IMG/VR virus record: IMGVR_UViG_3300032330_001151
Location: 1 to 37,772 of that record
Reading direction: 5' to 3' (one strand)
Length of the DNA stretch: 37,772 nucleotides
Source: a virus
Lineage: Duplodnaviria > Caudoviricetes
Within the stretch, counting starts at the first letter, position 1, and each line of letters begins with the position of its first letter. A model generated the notes under the pieces. It searched no databases and had not been told where the DNA came from. It saw only the letters and a program-made list of their open reading frames with translations. Below, piece by piece: positions 19,228-28,834 of this stretch. The translations under genes were made by a program, and so were the position numbers.

Positions 19228-19986
19228 ATGACTGAAACCGAAAACGAACGCCAAAAAGTAATTGACTATGTGCAAGCCATGTTAGGCGGCGGCATGGTTG
19301 AAGTAGAACTAGACCCGGTACACTACAATACCGCTATTGATCGTGCGTTGGCAAAATTTCGCCAACGCAGTAGTAATGCATCCGAGGAAAGTTTTGGATT
19401 TTTAACTCTACAGGTAGACCAAAATGATTATGTATTACCTAAAGAAGTTACAGAAGTTCGACAACTATTTAGACGAAGCATAGGATCACGTAGCGGTGGC
19501 GGTGACGGCGGAAGTTTGTTTGAACCGTTTAATCTAGCATATTCTAATACGTATCTGTTGACCAGTACAAACATGGGAGGCCTAGCCACTTATTATGCCT
19601 TTGCTTCATATCAAAAGCAAGTGGGTAAAATGTTTGGAAGTGATATCAATTTTACGTTTAATAAAACTACCAAGTTATTGACCATTATGCAACGTCCTAG
19701 AAGTTCTGAGGAAGTGCTGATGTGGATGTATAATTATCGTCCAGATTTTAATCTACTTCAGGACCCGTTTGCTGGACAATGGTTAAAGGATTACAGTCTT
19801 GCTACTTGTAAAATCATGCTAGGAGAAGCTCGTGAAAAATTTGCTACTATTGCAAGCCCGCAAGGCGGCACACAACTAAACGGTACTGCTCTTAAAAACG
19901 AAGGTAAGGCTGAGATTGAAGTCTTAGAAGCAGACCTAATTAATTACAAAGAAGGCGGTACACCGCTGACATTTGTAATTGGCTAA
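19228..19986 (+). CDS. gp13: Neck protein (T4 gp13-like head-tail adaptor)
   Basis: 'LGGGMVEVELD.....AIDRAL', 'WLKDYSLA..K..LG..R.KF.....P.GG..LNG..L'. Confidence 0.8.
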   Translation: MTETENERQKVIDYVQAMLGGGMVEVELDPVHYNTAIDRALAKFRQRSSNASEESFGFLTLQVDQNDYVLPKEVTEVRQLFRRSIGSRSGGGDGGSLFEPFNLAYSNTYLLTSTNMGGLATYYAFASYQKQVGKMFGSDINFTFNKTTKLLTIMQRPRSSEEVLMWMYNYRPDFNLLQDPFAGQWLKDYSLATCKIMLGEAREKFATIASPQGGTQLNGTALKNEGKAEIEVLEADLINYKEGGTPLTFVIG

Positions 19987-19994
19987 ATCACTTA

Positions 19995-20023
19995 TTGACC
20001 TTGTAATCACACTGCAATATAAT
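19995..20023 (+). promoter_or_regulatory. Sigma70-type promoter for the dNMP kinase gene
   Basis: TTGACC (19995-20000), 17-bp spacer, TATAAT (20018-20023). Confidence 0.75.
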
Positions 20024-20045
20024 TAAAGTATCTTAAGGGGATACT

Positions 20046-20741
20046 ATGATTATTGGTTTTGTTGGGTTTATTGGCTCTGGTAAAGACACTGCCGCAGATT
20101 ATTTGGTTAACTTCCATGGATTCCGACGAGACAGTTTTGCCAACACACTCAAAGATGCAGTATCCTCAGTATTTGGTTGGGATCGAATACTACTTGAAGG
20201 CCGCACCAAAGAAGCTCGTGAATGGCGTGAACAAATTGACACATGGTGGGCCACCCGTTTAAACATGCCTGAGTTAACTCCGCGTTGGGTTTTACAACAT
20301 TGGGGTACAGAAGTTTGCCGTCAGGGATTCCATGATGATATTTGGATTGCCAGCTTAGAAAATAGACTGCGCAACAGTAAAGATGATATCGTTATCAGTG
20401 ATGTTCGTTTTCCTAATGAAATAACAGCTATTAAAAATGCTGGTGGAAAGGTGATCCGTGTAAAAAGAGGACCCGAGCCAGATTGGTATGAACATGCAGT
20501 AAACTTTAATCTAGGCGAAAAACATATAGGATGGGCTATTGGCAGACATCATCTTGAATTGCAAGGAATCCATTCTAGTGAGTCTGCATGGGTCGGTGGA
20601 GACATTGATGTTACTATAGAAAATGATGGCACTATTGATGACCTGTTCAATGCTCTTAGAAATCAGGTGTCAGATCCCCTTGACGCCATCGAACGCCCTC
20701 TTTATGTAGGACTCGTTGACAGTTTGCACATACAGTCTTAA
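20046..20741 (+). CDS. gp1: Deoxynucleoside monophosphate kinase (T4 gp1-like)
   Basis: P-loop 'GFIGSGKDTAA', 'SFANTLKD', 'TPRWVLQHWGTEVCR', 'ISDVRFPNE', 'HSSE'. Confidence 0.88.
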   Translation: MIIGFVGFIGSGKDTAADYLVNFHGFRRDSFANTLKDAVSSVFGWDRILLEGRTKEAREWREQIDTWWATRLNMPELTPRWVLQHWGTEVCRQGFHDDIWIASLENRLRNSKDDIVISDVRFPNEITAIKNAGGKVIRVKRGPEPDWYEHAVNFNLGEKHIGWAIGRHHLELQGIHSSESAWVGGDIDVTIENDGTIDDLFNALRNQVSDPLDAIERPLYVGLVDSLHIQS

Positions 20742-20991
20742 GATTTGTATATCTGCAATTAGTCAAGTTTCCGTCTACATGAAATACATTGAATGATTCG
20801 GAGTGCGGGCTTTTAAATCCGCACCGATCACAGGCATTCTTCTTTTGATATCCAGCTAAGGCCCACAGAGGCCTTTCTGTTTGACTACCTCTAGCACAAT
20901 GGTCGCACTTAGACCTGTAGAATGCTTGACCTTCCTTGTAATAATTGATAGCACGTGGTCGTTGACCGCATTGTTTGCATAATTTTCTCAT
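20656..20991 (-). CDS. Zn-finger/HNH-like protein
   Basis: Four CxxC pairs and 'HVDGNLTN...NL..VCANC'; has its own purine-rich RBS and a minus-strand TAAATA at 21023-21028. Confidence 0.7.
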   Translation of the reverse strand: MRKLCKQCGQRPRAINYYKEGQAFYRSKCDHCARGSQTERPLWALAGYQKKNACDRCGFKSPHSESFNVFHVDGNLTNCRYTNLKTVCANCQRVLHKEGVRWRQGDLTPDF

Positions 20992-21022
20992 CTACCGCCC
21001 TTTTAGTGCCCTTTTCTACTTG

Positions 21023-21059
21023 TATTTAACCGCTATTTTTTTACCATACCGGCTAAATA
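21023..21059. promoter_or_regulatory. Second pair of divergent TAAATA boxes (HNH-like gene and tail sheath)
   Basis: TATTTA at 21023-21028 (minus strand) and TAAATA at 21054-21059 (plus strand). Confidence 0.55.
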
Positions 21060-21089
21060 AAACAAAGTAATCCACCAAGGAGATTGATA

Positions 21090-24000
21090 ATGGCTACATT
21101 AGGTTCACCAGGAGTTTCAGTAAGCGTAATTGACGAGAGTTTTTACACTCCTGCGGCTCCATCAACAACACCGATGATCTTTGTTGCAACTGCACAAGAC
21201 AAAACAAATTCATCAGGCACTGGCACAGCACAGGGAACAACTGCTGAGAACGCTGGTAAAGTTTGGATCATCACAAGTCAACGTGATTTGACTGATACAT
21301 TCGGTACCCCAACATTCTATACAGATGTTAATGGAAATCCAGTACACGGAGGAGAATTAAACGAATACGGTCTACAGGCCGCATACAGTTTATTAGGTGT
21401 TAGCTCAAGAGCATATGTTGCTCGTGCTGATGTTGACCTAGGTGCATTAGTTGCTACAACTGATATTCCAAAAGGCGATCCGACTGCCGGTACATACTGG
21501 TTAGATACTAAATCTTCATTGTTTGGAATCAATGAATGGAACTCAAGTGGTCGCGGATCATTTGTTGCTAAGACTCCGTTGATCATTAATGATGATAATA
21601 AAGCTACAGCATCTTTAGCTGGTATTCCAAAAGACAGTTTTGGTAAGCAAGGTGACTATGCTATGTTTGTTACATCAGATAATGGTGTAACTTATCTTAA
21701 CACATTATTCTATAAGACAACCGCAACAACCAATGCATGGTTACCGGTAACTGATAATTTTGAAGGTGGAAAATTTTTAGCTATCAGTCCGCACACTCAA
21801 ATACCTAACTTTACTACAGCAACAACTAATGGAAGTGTATGGATTAAAACTACAACTCCAGGCCTTGGTGCAAATTGGAGTGTAAAATATTATAACGGTG
21901 CTACACAAACGTGGGGAACTGTGAATGCTCCTTTATATAACAGCACACGCCAGGCTATTGAAAAATTAGACCTAGTAGGCGGTGGTAAAAATATTCCAGC
22001 AGGCACAGTCTTTGTTGAAACTGATCCAACACACGGAAGCAGTAATGCACTAGATCGTGCAGAGTTCCGTATTTGGCGTCGAAATGCTACTAGCCCTACA
22101 AACATTGTTAGTAGGGCTTCTACAGCTACACAGGTAGCCAACAGCACATTTGTAATTAGAGAGACATTGATCAACACGTCAACATGGAGTTCTACCGCTA
22201 CAATTACAGTAGTTGGATCTTCCACAGCCACAGTAGGTGCTCAACTAGTACAGGCTATTAATGTTTCTTCATTAGTTAATGTATCTGCTAGCTATAACGC
22301 AACAACAAACAAAGCAACAATTACACATGCTCTGGGCGGTGATATCGAATTTAAAGATGCAACTAACGCACCTTTAGCAACAGCTGGTTTTTCAGCATAT
22401 AATTTGTCAACTAAAACTGGTACACCTAATCTTTATGATGCACCAAATGATGAGCCGTTTAGTATTAGTTTGATTGCGACTAACTGGAAACCTTTGGTAT
22501 ACGAAGCTACTGCAACAGCACCATATACATTACCGGCTAATGGTACTATTTGGTATGATGCTAATCTACACGATGCAGATATTATGATCAATGATGGTAC
22601 TAAGTGGGTTGGTTACAAACACTATGGTAGTTTCCTTGGCGGACTATCTAGTGGTCAAAACTTAACCGACGCAAATGGTCCTCTAATCAGTGCTACTGCT
22701 CCGACAACACAAAGCGATGGCACAACTGATCTACAAGATGGAGACATTTGGATCAACACAGCCAATCCAGATCGCTACGGCAAAGATGTTTATGTTTGGG
22801 ATGGTAACTCATTAGAGTGGGTACTACAAGATGTAACTGATCAAACTAGCCCGAATGGTTGGGTATTCCACGATGCTCGTTGGAGCGACAATGGTCAGGA
22901 TAACATGGAATATGTTACACCTATTAGCGAACTTTTAGTTAGCGACTATGTTGATCCAGATGTAGTTGATCCTTTATTGTATCCAAAAGGTACACGTCTA
23001 TGGAACCTACGTAGAAGCGGATTCAACGTTAAGAAATACGTTTCAGGTCATATCAACATTTTGGCTAACAATGGACTAAACACCATGTATCAAAACGATG
23101 ACATGAGCGATTACACTGCTGACCGTTGGGTAACAGTAAGTCCTAACAACGAAGATGGTTCAGGAACATTCGGTCGTCTTGCACAAAGAGGTTATGTTGT
23201 TTCTAAGCTAAAAGCTATGATCGACACCAACACAGATGTCCGTGATACAGATACATTAGTCTATAACTTGATTGCTACACCTGGTTATCCAGAAGCTATT
23301 GCAAACATGGTTGGTCTAAATACAGACCGCGGACAAACTGCATTTGTTGTTGGTGATACACCATTCCGTTTAGAGCCTAATGCAACTGCGTTAAACAACT
23401 GGGGTTCTAACACAGCCCTTGCATTTGACAACGGAGATACTGGTGCAGTAACTTATGACAGCTATATGGCTATGTTCTATCCAAGTGGTTATACTACAGA
23501 TAATGCAGGTAGAAATATTGTTGTACCACCAAGTCACATGATGTTACGTACAATCGTTAACAGCGATGCTAAGAGCTACCAGTGGTTTGCTCCAGCAGGT
23601 ACACGTCGTGGCGGTGTTGACAATGCTACATCAGTAGGTTACATCCAATCAACAGGTGAGTTTAAAACTGTTGCATTGTACGAAGGTTTAAGAGACACAC
23701 TACACGATGTTAAGATCAATCCTATTGCTACACTACCAGGTGTAGGAATTGTAAACTTTGGTCAATATACTCGTAGCAATGGCGCTAGTGCTTTAGATCG
23801 TATCAACGTAGCACGTTTGATTGCATATCTACGTAGACAGTTAGCAATCTTAGCCAAGCCATTCTTGTTTGAACCTAACGATGCGCAAACTCGCAGAGAA
23901 ATTAAAGCGGCCGCTGAAAGCCTTCTAATTGAACTAGTAGGTCAACGTGCTCTTTATGACTTCATTGTTGTTTGTGATACAAGTAACAATACTCCTGCAA

Positions 24001-24143
24001 GAATTGATCGTAGCGAACTTTGGTTAGACGTAGCTATTGAACCAGTTAAGGCAGTGGAGTTCATTTACATTCCGTTGAGAATACTTAACACAGGTGCTAT
24101 TGCCAGCGGCGACCTTGGTGCAGGATTTCCTGGATCAAACTAA
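21090..24143 (+). CDS. gp18: Contractile tail sheath protein (gp18-like)
   Basis: 'SPGVSVSVIDES', 'WFAPAGTRRG', 'ALDRINVARL', 'FEPNDAQTR', 'VVCDTSNNTPARID'. ATG at 21090 follows AAGGAG and is preferred over the TTG at 21084. Confidence 0.93.
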   Translation: MATLGSPGVSVSVIDESFYTPAAPSTTPMIFVATAQDKTNSSGTGTAQGTTAENAGKVWIITSQRDLTDTFGTPTFYTDVNGNPVHGGELNEYGLQAAYSLLGVSSRAYVARADVDLGALVATTDIPKGDPTAGTYWLDTKSSLFGINEWNSSGRGSFVAKTPLIINDDNKATASLAGIPKDSFGKQGDYAMFVTSDNGVTYLNTLFYKTTATTNAWLPVTDNFEGGKFLAISPHTQIPNFTTATTNGSVWIKTTTPGLGANWSVKYYNGATQTWGTVNAPLYNSTRQAIEKLDLVGGGKNIPAGTVFVETDPTHGSSNALDRAEFRIWRRNATSPTNIVSRASTATQVANSTFVIRETLINTSTWSSTATITVVGSSTATVGAQLVQAINVSSLVNVSASYNATTNKATITHALGGDIEFKDATNAPLATAGFSAYNLSTKTGTPNLYDAPNDEPFSISLIATNWKPLVYEATATAPYTLPANGTIWYDANLHDADIMINDGTKWVGYKHYGSFLGGLSSGQNLTDANGPLISATAPTTQSDGTTDLQDGDIWINTANPDRYGKDVYVWDGNSLEWVLQDVTDQTSPNGWVFHDARWSDNGQDNMEYVTPISELLVSDYVDPDVVDPLLYPKGTRLWNLRRSGFNVKKYVSGHINILANNGLNTMYQNDDMSDYTADRWVTVSPNNEDGSGTFGRLAQRGYVVSKLKAMIDTNTDVRDTDTLVYNLIATPGYPEAIANMVGLNTDRGQTAFVVGDTPFRLEPNATALNNWGSNTALAFDNGDTGAVTYDSYMAMFYPSGYTTDNAGRNIVVPPSHMMLRTIVNSDAKSYQWFAPAGTRRGGVDNATSVGYIQSTGEFKTVALYEGLRDTLHDVKINPIATLPGVGIVNFGQYTRSNGASALDRINVARLIAYLRRQLAILAKPFLFEPNDAQTRREIKAAAESLLIELVGQRALYDFIVVCDTSNNTPARIDRSELWLDVAIEPVKAVEFIYIPLRILNTGAIASGDLGAGFPGSN

Positions 24144-24169
24144 TTGAAAATTAAAGAAGGAGCATTTAA

Positions 24170-24802
24170 ATGCCAATTTCAAGTTTAAATAGATTTACAG
24201 TACCGCTGAACACAGACCAAAGCTCTAATACGCAAGGTTTGTTGATGCCAAAACTAAGATATCGTTTCCGCGTTACCTTAGACGGTTTTGGTGTTGCAGG
24301 TACACCGTCAACAGAATTAACAAAACAAGTAATGAACGTTACTCGCCCTGTTGTTAGTTTTGAAGAAATCAAACTAGCAGTTTATAACAGTACTGTAAAG
24401 TTGGCAGGACGTCACAGTTTTGCCGATGCTACATTGACCCTACGCGATGATGTAACCAACGCTGTTAGCAAGAAGGTTGGCGAACAGATGCAGAAACAGT
24501 TTGACTTCTTTGAACAAAGCGGTGCGGCATCTGGTATCGATTACAAATTCTTAATGCGTGTTGAAATTTTAGATGGTGGTAACGGTGCTTACGAACCTAA
24601 TGTATTAGAAGCATTCGAATATCACGGTTGTTTTATTAAACAAGCTACATATCAAGGTGGCGACTACACCAATAATGATCCAATGGATATTTCATTGTCC
24701 ATCACTTATGACAATGCTCTACAAGTAGACACATCTGGTAATCCTACTGGACTCGGAGCGGCTGTTGGACGTACTGTACGTTCATTAGCTATCGGTGGAT
24801 AA
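24170..24802 (+). CDS. gp19: Tail tube protein (gp19-like)
   Basis: Directly after the sheath gene; AAGGAG RBS; 'YRFRV...TRP.V.FEEI......TV..AG......TLTLRDD...ITYD' tube-fold pattern. Confidence 0.8.
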   Translation: MPISSLNRFTVPLNTDQSSNTQGLLMPKLRYRFRVTLDGFGVAGTPSTELTKQVMNVTRPVVSFEEIKLAVYNSTVKLAGRHSFADATLTLRDDVTNAVSKKVGEQMQKQFDFFEQSGAASGIDYKFLMRVEILDGGNGAYEPNVLEAFEYHGCFIKQATYQGGDYTNNDPMDISLSITYDNALQVDTSGNPTGLGAAVGRTVRSLAIGG

Positions 24803-24818
24803 TTAACCCACTGACTAT

Positions 24819-24850
24819 AAAAAGGCCTGGCTTAAAAACCGGGCTTTTTT
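24819..24850 (+). terminator. Rho-independent terminator after the tail tube gene
   Basis: AAAGGCCTGG-cttaaaaa-CCGGGCTTTTTT stem-loop with a U tract. Confidence 0.75.
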
Positions 24851-24868
24851 ATTGGCATAAATATCATT

Positions 24869-25999
24869 ATGAGTAACGCTTTCACTAATTTTTTATCTGG
24901 CATAGGATCTGGGCTGTTCGGAGGCAGTGATGCCAGCATGAAAGACTACCAGCATGCTAACCGGTTATATGTACAAAACAATTATTCTCGTGCCCCTAAG
25001 GTTAATTTTCTTTATTTTGTAAATTTTAATATTAATCAAGGTGTAATCATCGACAAGACCTGGGAAGCAAAAAGAAAGAACGATGTAGGGTTATTAGTAA
25101 AGAGAGTAGACCTTCCTAAATTTACCATCGGTACTGAAACATTAAATCAGTACAACAGAAGAACAGTAGTACAAACAAAATTAACCTACGGAAATGTACA
25201 AATAGAGTTTCATGACGATAATAGCGATATAACTACTGATCTTTGGAAAAATTATTATCAATACTATTATATGGACAGCGTCTATGGTGAAATAAAAAAT
25301 AAAGAAAAATTTGTCGAATATGGCGACACTAAGTATTCAGACAAATCCTATGCATACGGGTTAGATAATTTTCAAAAGATTCCATTCTTTGATAGCATTG
25401 ATGTTTTCTTAATGCATAAAGGTCATGGTGTTGCAGATTTTACAAAAATATCTTTAATTAATCCGATGATTGTTGATTGGACTCATGATAGTGTAAATCA
25501 AGACGAAGCTGGTAGAACTATGGTTAATAAAATGACTGTAGCTTATGAATCTGTAGTCTATAGAAAAGGTAAAATTATTAAAGGCCGTAGCCCTGTTGGC
25601 TTTGCTCCAGTCTATTATGATATATCTCCTAGTCCGCTAGGTGTTGGAGCTAGTGGTAATATTTTTGGTGCGGGTGGTATCATTGATGGCGCTGATAGTA
25701 TTTTTGGTGAGGATGGGCTATTAGCCACTGCATCAAGTCCTGCGGACCTACTAGGTGTTGCATTAAAGACTAAACAGTTAGTCGATAATATAGGTAAGGT
25801 GTCTAAAGGCAAGGCTTTAAATGAACTGGCCACTTTAGGTGCAGGGGTTATAGGAGGAATTGTCGGCGGTGCCTTACAACCTGCAAGAGCTAATAACCCA
25901 AATTTTACCAACGCGGCAGAAAGTGTAGGAATTGTTTTACCTAAGAGTCCTGAGGGATATATCATAGCTCAACAATCTAATTTAACAACTAAAAAATAA
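24869..25999 (+). CDS. Tube-fold baseplate/tail tube initiator-like protein
   Basis: 'VKRVDLPKF.I.TETLNQYNR..VVQTK..Y..V.I.FHDD' resembles a tube paralog; Gly-rich C-terminal part; TAAATA-N5-ATG. Confidence 0.55.
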   Translation: MSNAFTNFLSGIGSGLFGGSDASMKDYQHANRLYVQNNYSRAPKVNFLYFVNFNINQGVIIDKTWEAKRKNDVGLLVKRVDLPKFTIGTETLNQYNRRTVVQTKLTYGNVQIEFHDDNSDITTDLWKNYYQYYYMDSVYGEIKNKEKFVEYGDTKYSDKSYAYGLDNFQKIPFFDSIDVFLMHKGHGVADFTKISLINPMIVDWTHDSVNQDEAGRTMVNKMTVAYESVVYRKGKIIKGRSPVGFAPVYYDISPSPLGVGASGNIFGAGGIIDGADSIFGEDGLLATASSPADLLGVALKTKQLVDNIGKVSKGKALNELATLGAGVIGGIVGGALQPARANNPNFTNAAESVGIVLPKSPEGYIIAQQSNLTTKK

Positions 26000-26377
26000 A
26001 TGAATCCATTATATACAAATTTGCCACCTAAAAAAAACACCAATAGTGATTATAGTTCTGTTCAGGCCTATGACAGTTATTTTTTAGCTCCTCTAGAATT
26101 AGATGCCGGCACACTTGATGCTATGCGGTCATTTTTTACTAGCCGCGGCTTTGATCAAATATCAGCAGAATCAGTATCTGTGGTTATGATAAAACAAGCC
26201 AAACGAGATAATTTTAATCCTTTAAAAATTTTAGATACTCTAGGCGGATTAACTGATGTAGAAATTAATGCTGTAGTATCTGAAATTATCAACTACAATC
26301 GATACAAGACTAGTTTTTTAGGCTACTCACCTCAATTTATAGCTAATGAAGAAGTAAGTAGAAATATAGCACTATGA
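26000..26377 (+). CDS. Hypothetical protein, 125 aa
   Basis: Abuts the previous stop (TAAATG) and overlaps the next start (ATGA). Confidence 0.7.
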   Translation: MNPLYTNLPPKKNTNSDYSSVQAYDSYFLAPLELDAGTLDAMRSFFTSRGFDQISAESVSVVMIKQAKRDNFNPLKILDTLGGLTDVEINAVVSEIINYNRYKTSFLGYSPQFIANEEVSRNIAL

Positions 26378-26802
26378 AATTTAGTCAGGGTATATACAAG
26401 ATAAAAAACCCAGAAAAATATGTAGGCAGTAAAGATCCTACATATCGTAGTAGCTGGGAGTTTACCTTTATGAGTTTTTGTGATAATAACCCTAGTGTCG
26501 AACAATGGGCCAGTGAGCCAGTAAGAATACCTTATAGAGATCCGTTAACTGGTAAAGGTACAGTTTATATTCCAGATTTTGTAATCACCTACGTAGATAA
26601 AAATATGAAGAAACATGTAGAGATGATTGAAATAAAGCCCATGAATCAAATGCTGGCAGAAAAAGTTGGGAAGAATCCCTACAATCAAGCCCAGTACGTT
26701 AAGAACATGGCCAAATGGCAGGCCGCAGGAGTCTGGTGTAAAAATCAAGGTATTAAATTTCGTGTGATCAGTGAGAAAGATATCTATCAAGGATCCAAAT
26801 AA
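26374..26802 (+). CDS. gp4: Head completion nuclease (T4 gp4-like, TnsA-like PD-(D/E)xK)
   Basis: 'NPEKYVG....YRSSWE..FM.FCD.N..V..W.SE...IPY...Y.PDF...EIKP...KW.AA'. Confidence 0.88.
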   Translation: MKFSQGIYKIKNPEKYVGSKDPTYRSSWEFTFMSFCDNNPSVEQWASEPVRIPYRDPLTGKGTVYIPDFVITYVDKNMKKHVEMIEIKPMNQMLAEKVGKNPYNQAQYVKNMAKWQAAGVWCKNQGIKFRVISEKDIYQGSK

Positions 26803-26820
26803 CCGGTTAAATAGTACACC

Positions 26821-27297
26821 ATGACAAAAAAATTAGAAGAACTTCTAAATATTGAACCAAGCACAGAACCTTTAGTCGAAGCTTCTACTGCACCACCTGT
26901 TCCTACATTTACACTAGAAGAAAAACTAGAAGAATTTGACAAGATTGCGGCGGCCCTGCCAAGAGTTAAAGGCCTGGGCGATGTAAGTGATGCAGAATTA
27001 GATGCATTAGCAGTTAAAGCAGAACAGGCCTACGACGATTTAATGGATCTAGGTATGAATGTAGATCCTAGGTACGGTGCTCGTATGTTTGAAGTAGCGG
27101 CCAACATGATGAATGCGGCCATTACAGCAAAAAGTGCAAAGATTGACAAAAAACTTAAAATGGTTGATTTGCAGTTAAAAAAATTATCCATTGATAAGAA
27201 ACACGGAACCGGCGAGGGTAATACTGTTGAAGGGGAAGGGTACATACTCACAGACCGAAACAGCATCCTTGAAAAACTTAAGAATTTGAATAAATAA
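26821..27297 (+). CDS. Probable terminase small subunit
   Basis: Helical 158-aa protein with 'ARMFEVAANMM..A..AK' and terminal 'DRNSIL', upstream of the large terminase. Confidence 0.55.
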   Translation: MTKKLEELLNIEPSTEPLVEASTAPPVPTFTLEEKLEEFDKIAAALPRVKGLGDVSDAELDALAVKAEQAYDDLMDLGMNVDPRYGARMFEVAANMMNAAITAKSAKIDKKLKMVDLQLKKLSIDKKHGTGEGNTVEGEGYILTDRNSILEKLKNLNK

Positions 27298-27301
27298 TAC
27301 T

Positions 27302-27892
27302 ATGAAAACTTTTAAAGAATACCTTTCAGAATCTGTAAAAAAGTACGACTTCAGAGTTAAAGTTGCTGGAGAATTCCCAACCACTCAAGAAACTGCTTTA
27401 AAATCATTACTGGAAAAATATGCAGTTAGCGGTTTTAAGAAAGCCGGAAAAACTCCTATCCAATCTCTACCACTTGACTTTCCTCAAGTTAAAAACTGTG
27501 AAGTTAGCATCTATGAAGTTACATTAGATTATCCAACTACACAAAACGAATTAACAGAATACCTAAGCACTGAATTAGGTATTAGCAAAAAACATCTAGT
27601 AGTCCGCGCACCAGGCGAACCTACTGAAGAATATCAAACTCCTAAAGAACCTATCAAGGGTGCATTGTTAGACGATCCTGATTACAAAGAATCTCCTAAT
27701 GCCAAATTTGAAGATTATTATGGTGACAAATACAACACAGGATTTGTTAAAGAGTTAAATTCTATTTTGAAATTACAACGCAAGGCCCGCGGAGAAGAAA
27801 TTCCTACAGAAGGTGCCGCTAAATTTAACACTGACAAAGAAGAAACTCAAGAGAGTCTTCTTAAGTTTCAGGCACAAGACCTAAGGAAATAA
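27302..27892 (+). CDS. Hypothetical protein, putative head-internal protein
   Basis: N-terminus MKTFKEYLSE resembles the T4 internal-protein capsid-targeting sequence; TAAATA-N5-ATG. Confidence 0.6.
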   Translation: MKTFKEYLSESVKKYDFRVKVAGEFPTTQETALKSLLEKYAVSGFKKAGKTPIQSLPLDFPQVKNCEVSIYEVTLDYPTTQNELTEYLSTELGISKKHLVVRAPGEPTEEYQTPKEPIKGALLDDPDYKESPNAKFEDYYGDKYNTGFVKELNSILKLQRKARGEEIPTEGAAKFNTDKEETQESLLKFQAQDLRK

Positions 27893-27894
27893 TT

Positions 27895-28818
27895 ATGCAA
27901 ATGATTGACGTACTAAAACGCCTAGCCGAGCTAGATGCAGGTAATCCAAATATTGTCAAAGAAAGTACTGACCTAGCAGAATGCGGTATGATGGGAAGCA
28001 TGGGCATGGATCGTCCTAGCACTCCTGCTACCATTAACATGACGGCGGCTAGCGGACCAGAGCTAACAGGCATGTTAAAAGATATCATGCAACTAGCAGG
28101 TATGCATCAAGTAGAACCAAGCCATTTAGGTATTGCACAAGAACCAATGGCGTTGACTGCTGAACCAGTAGGCCCGGCACACGGAGATAGTGATGTTGAT
28201 GTTATGCGTAGTGTTATCGACCGTATGAATCCTGACAGCGACGAAGAAGAAACCGACGAAGGTCAATACGATAACAGTCCTAACGATCCTCGCGATGTTC
28301 CAGAGTTTGATGCTGAAGAATTTGCACATCATGAAAATCAACCAGGTCAAGGCGACCGCATGGATGGTACAATGCCCAAAGCCACAATGGAAGATCAGTT
28401 GATGGCTGAATACAAAAATTTTGTAGCAGAGTCTGATTCAAAAAAAAAGGTAAGTGAAGTTTACGGCCGCAGAAGCTCATATTATAATCCAATGGATCAA
28501 GAGCGTCGTGAGCAAGATCAAATGGATTATGAAAAACGTGCATTTAAACGTGCCGAACTACAGCATGAACTAGGACACGAAGATGATCCTAATTTTATGC
28601 GCAACATGCGTCAACAAGAAATTGAACGAGATCGCGGCCCATGGTACATAAAGATTGACGGAAGAATTCTTAGAAGCAGAGGCGAAATTAAAGTCTTTGA
28701 TTGGAGAAAAGGCGCTAATAACTACGCCCTAGCTATCCTTAAAAATAAACCAGAATTACAGGGTAAAGTCAAACTTACAAAAAGCGACGAAGACGATATC
28801 ATGACAGATAATAATTAA
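27895..28818 (+). CDS. Acidic hypothetical protein, putative prohead core/cargo protein
   Basis: AAGGA RBS; acidic Met-rich N-terminal two-thirds with recurring hydrophobic-x-E motifs; more basic C-terminal module. Confidence 0.6.
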   Translation: MQMIDVLKRLAELDAGNPNIVKESTDLAECGMMGSMGMDRPSTPATINMTAASGPELTGMLKDIMQLAGMHQVEPSHLGIAQEPMALTAEPVGPAHGDSDVDVMRSVIDRMNPDSDEEETDEGQYDNSPNDPRDVPEFDAEEFAHHENQPGQGDRMDGTMPKATMEDQLMAEYKNFVAESDSKKKVSEVYGRRSSYYNPMDQERREQDQMDYEKRAFKRAELQHELGHEDDPNFMRNMRQQEIERDRGPWYIKIDGRILRSRGEIKVFDWRKGANNYALAILKNKPELQGKVKLTKSDEDDIMTDNN

Positions 28819-28834
28819 TCTAAGATTAATCCAT

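Noticed and set aside
26374-26802. Tn7 TnsA transposase or mobile element
   Set aside because: The motifs and context match T4 gp4 head-completion protein; no other transposon genes or ends are seen.
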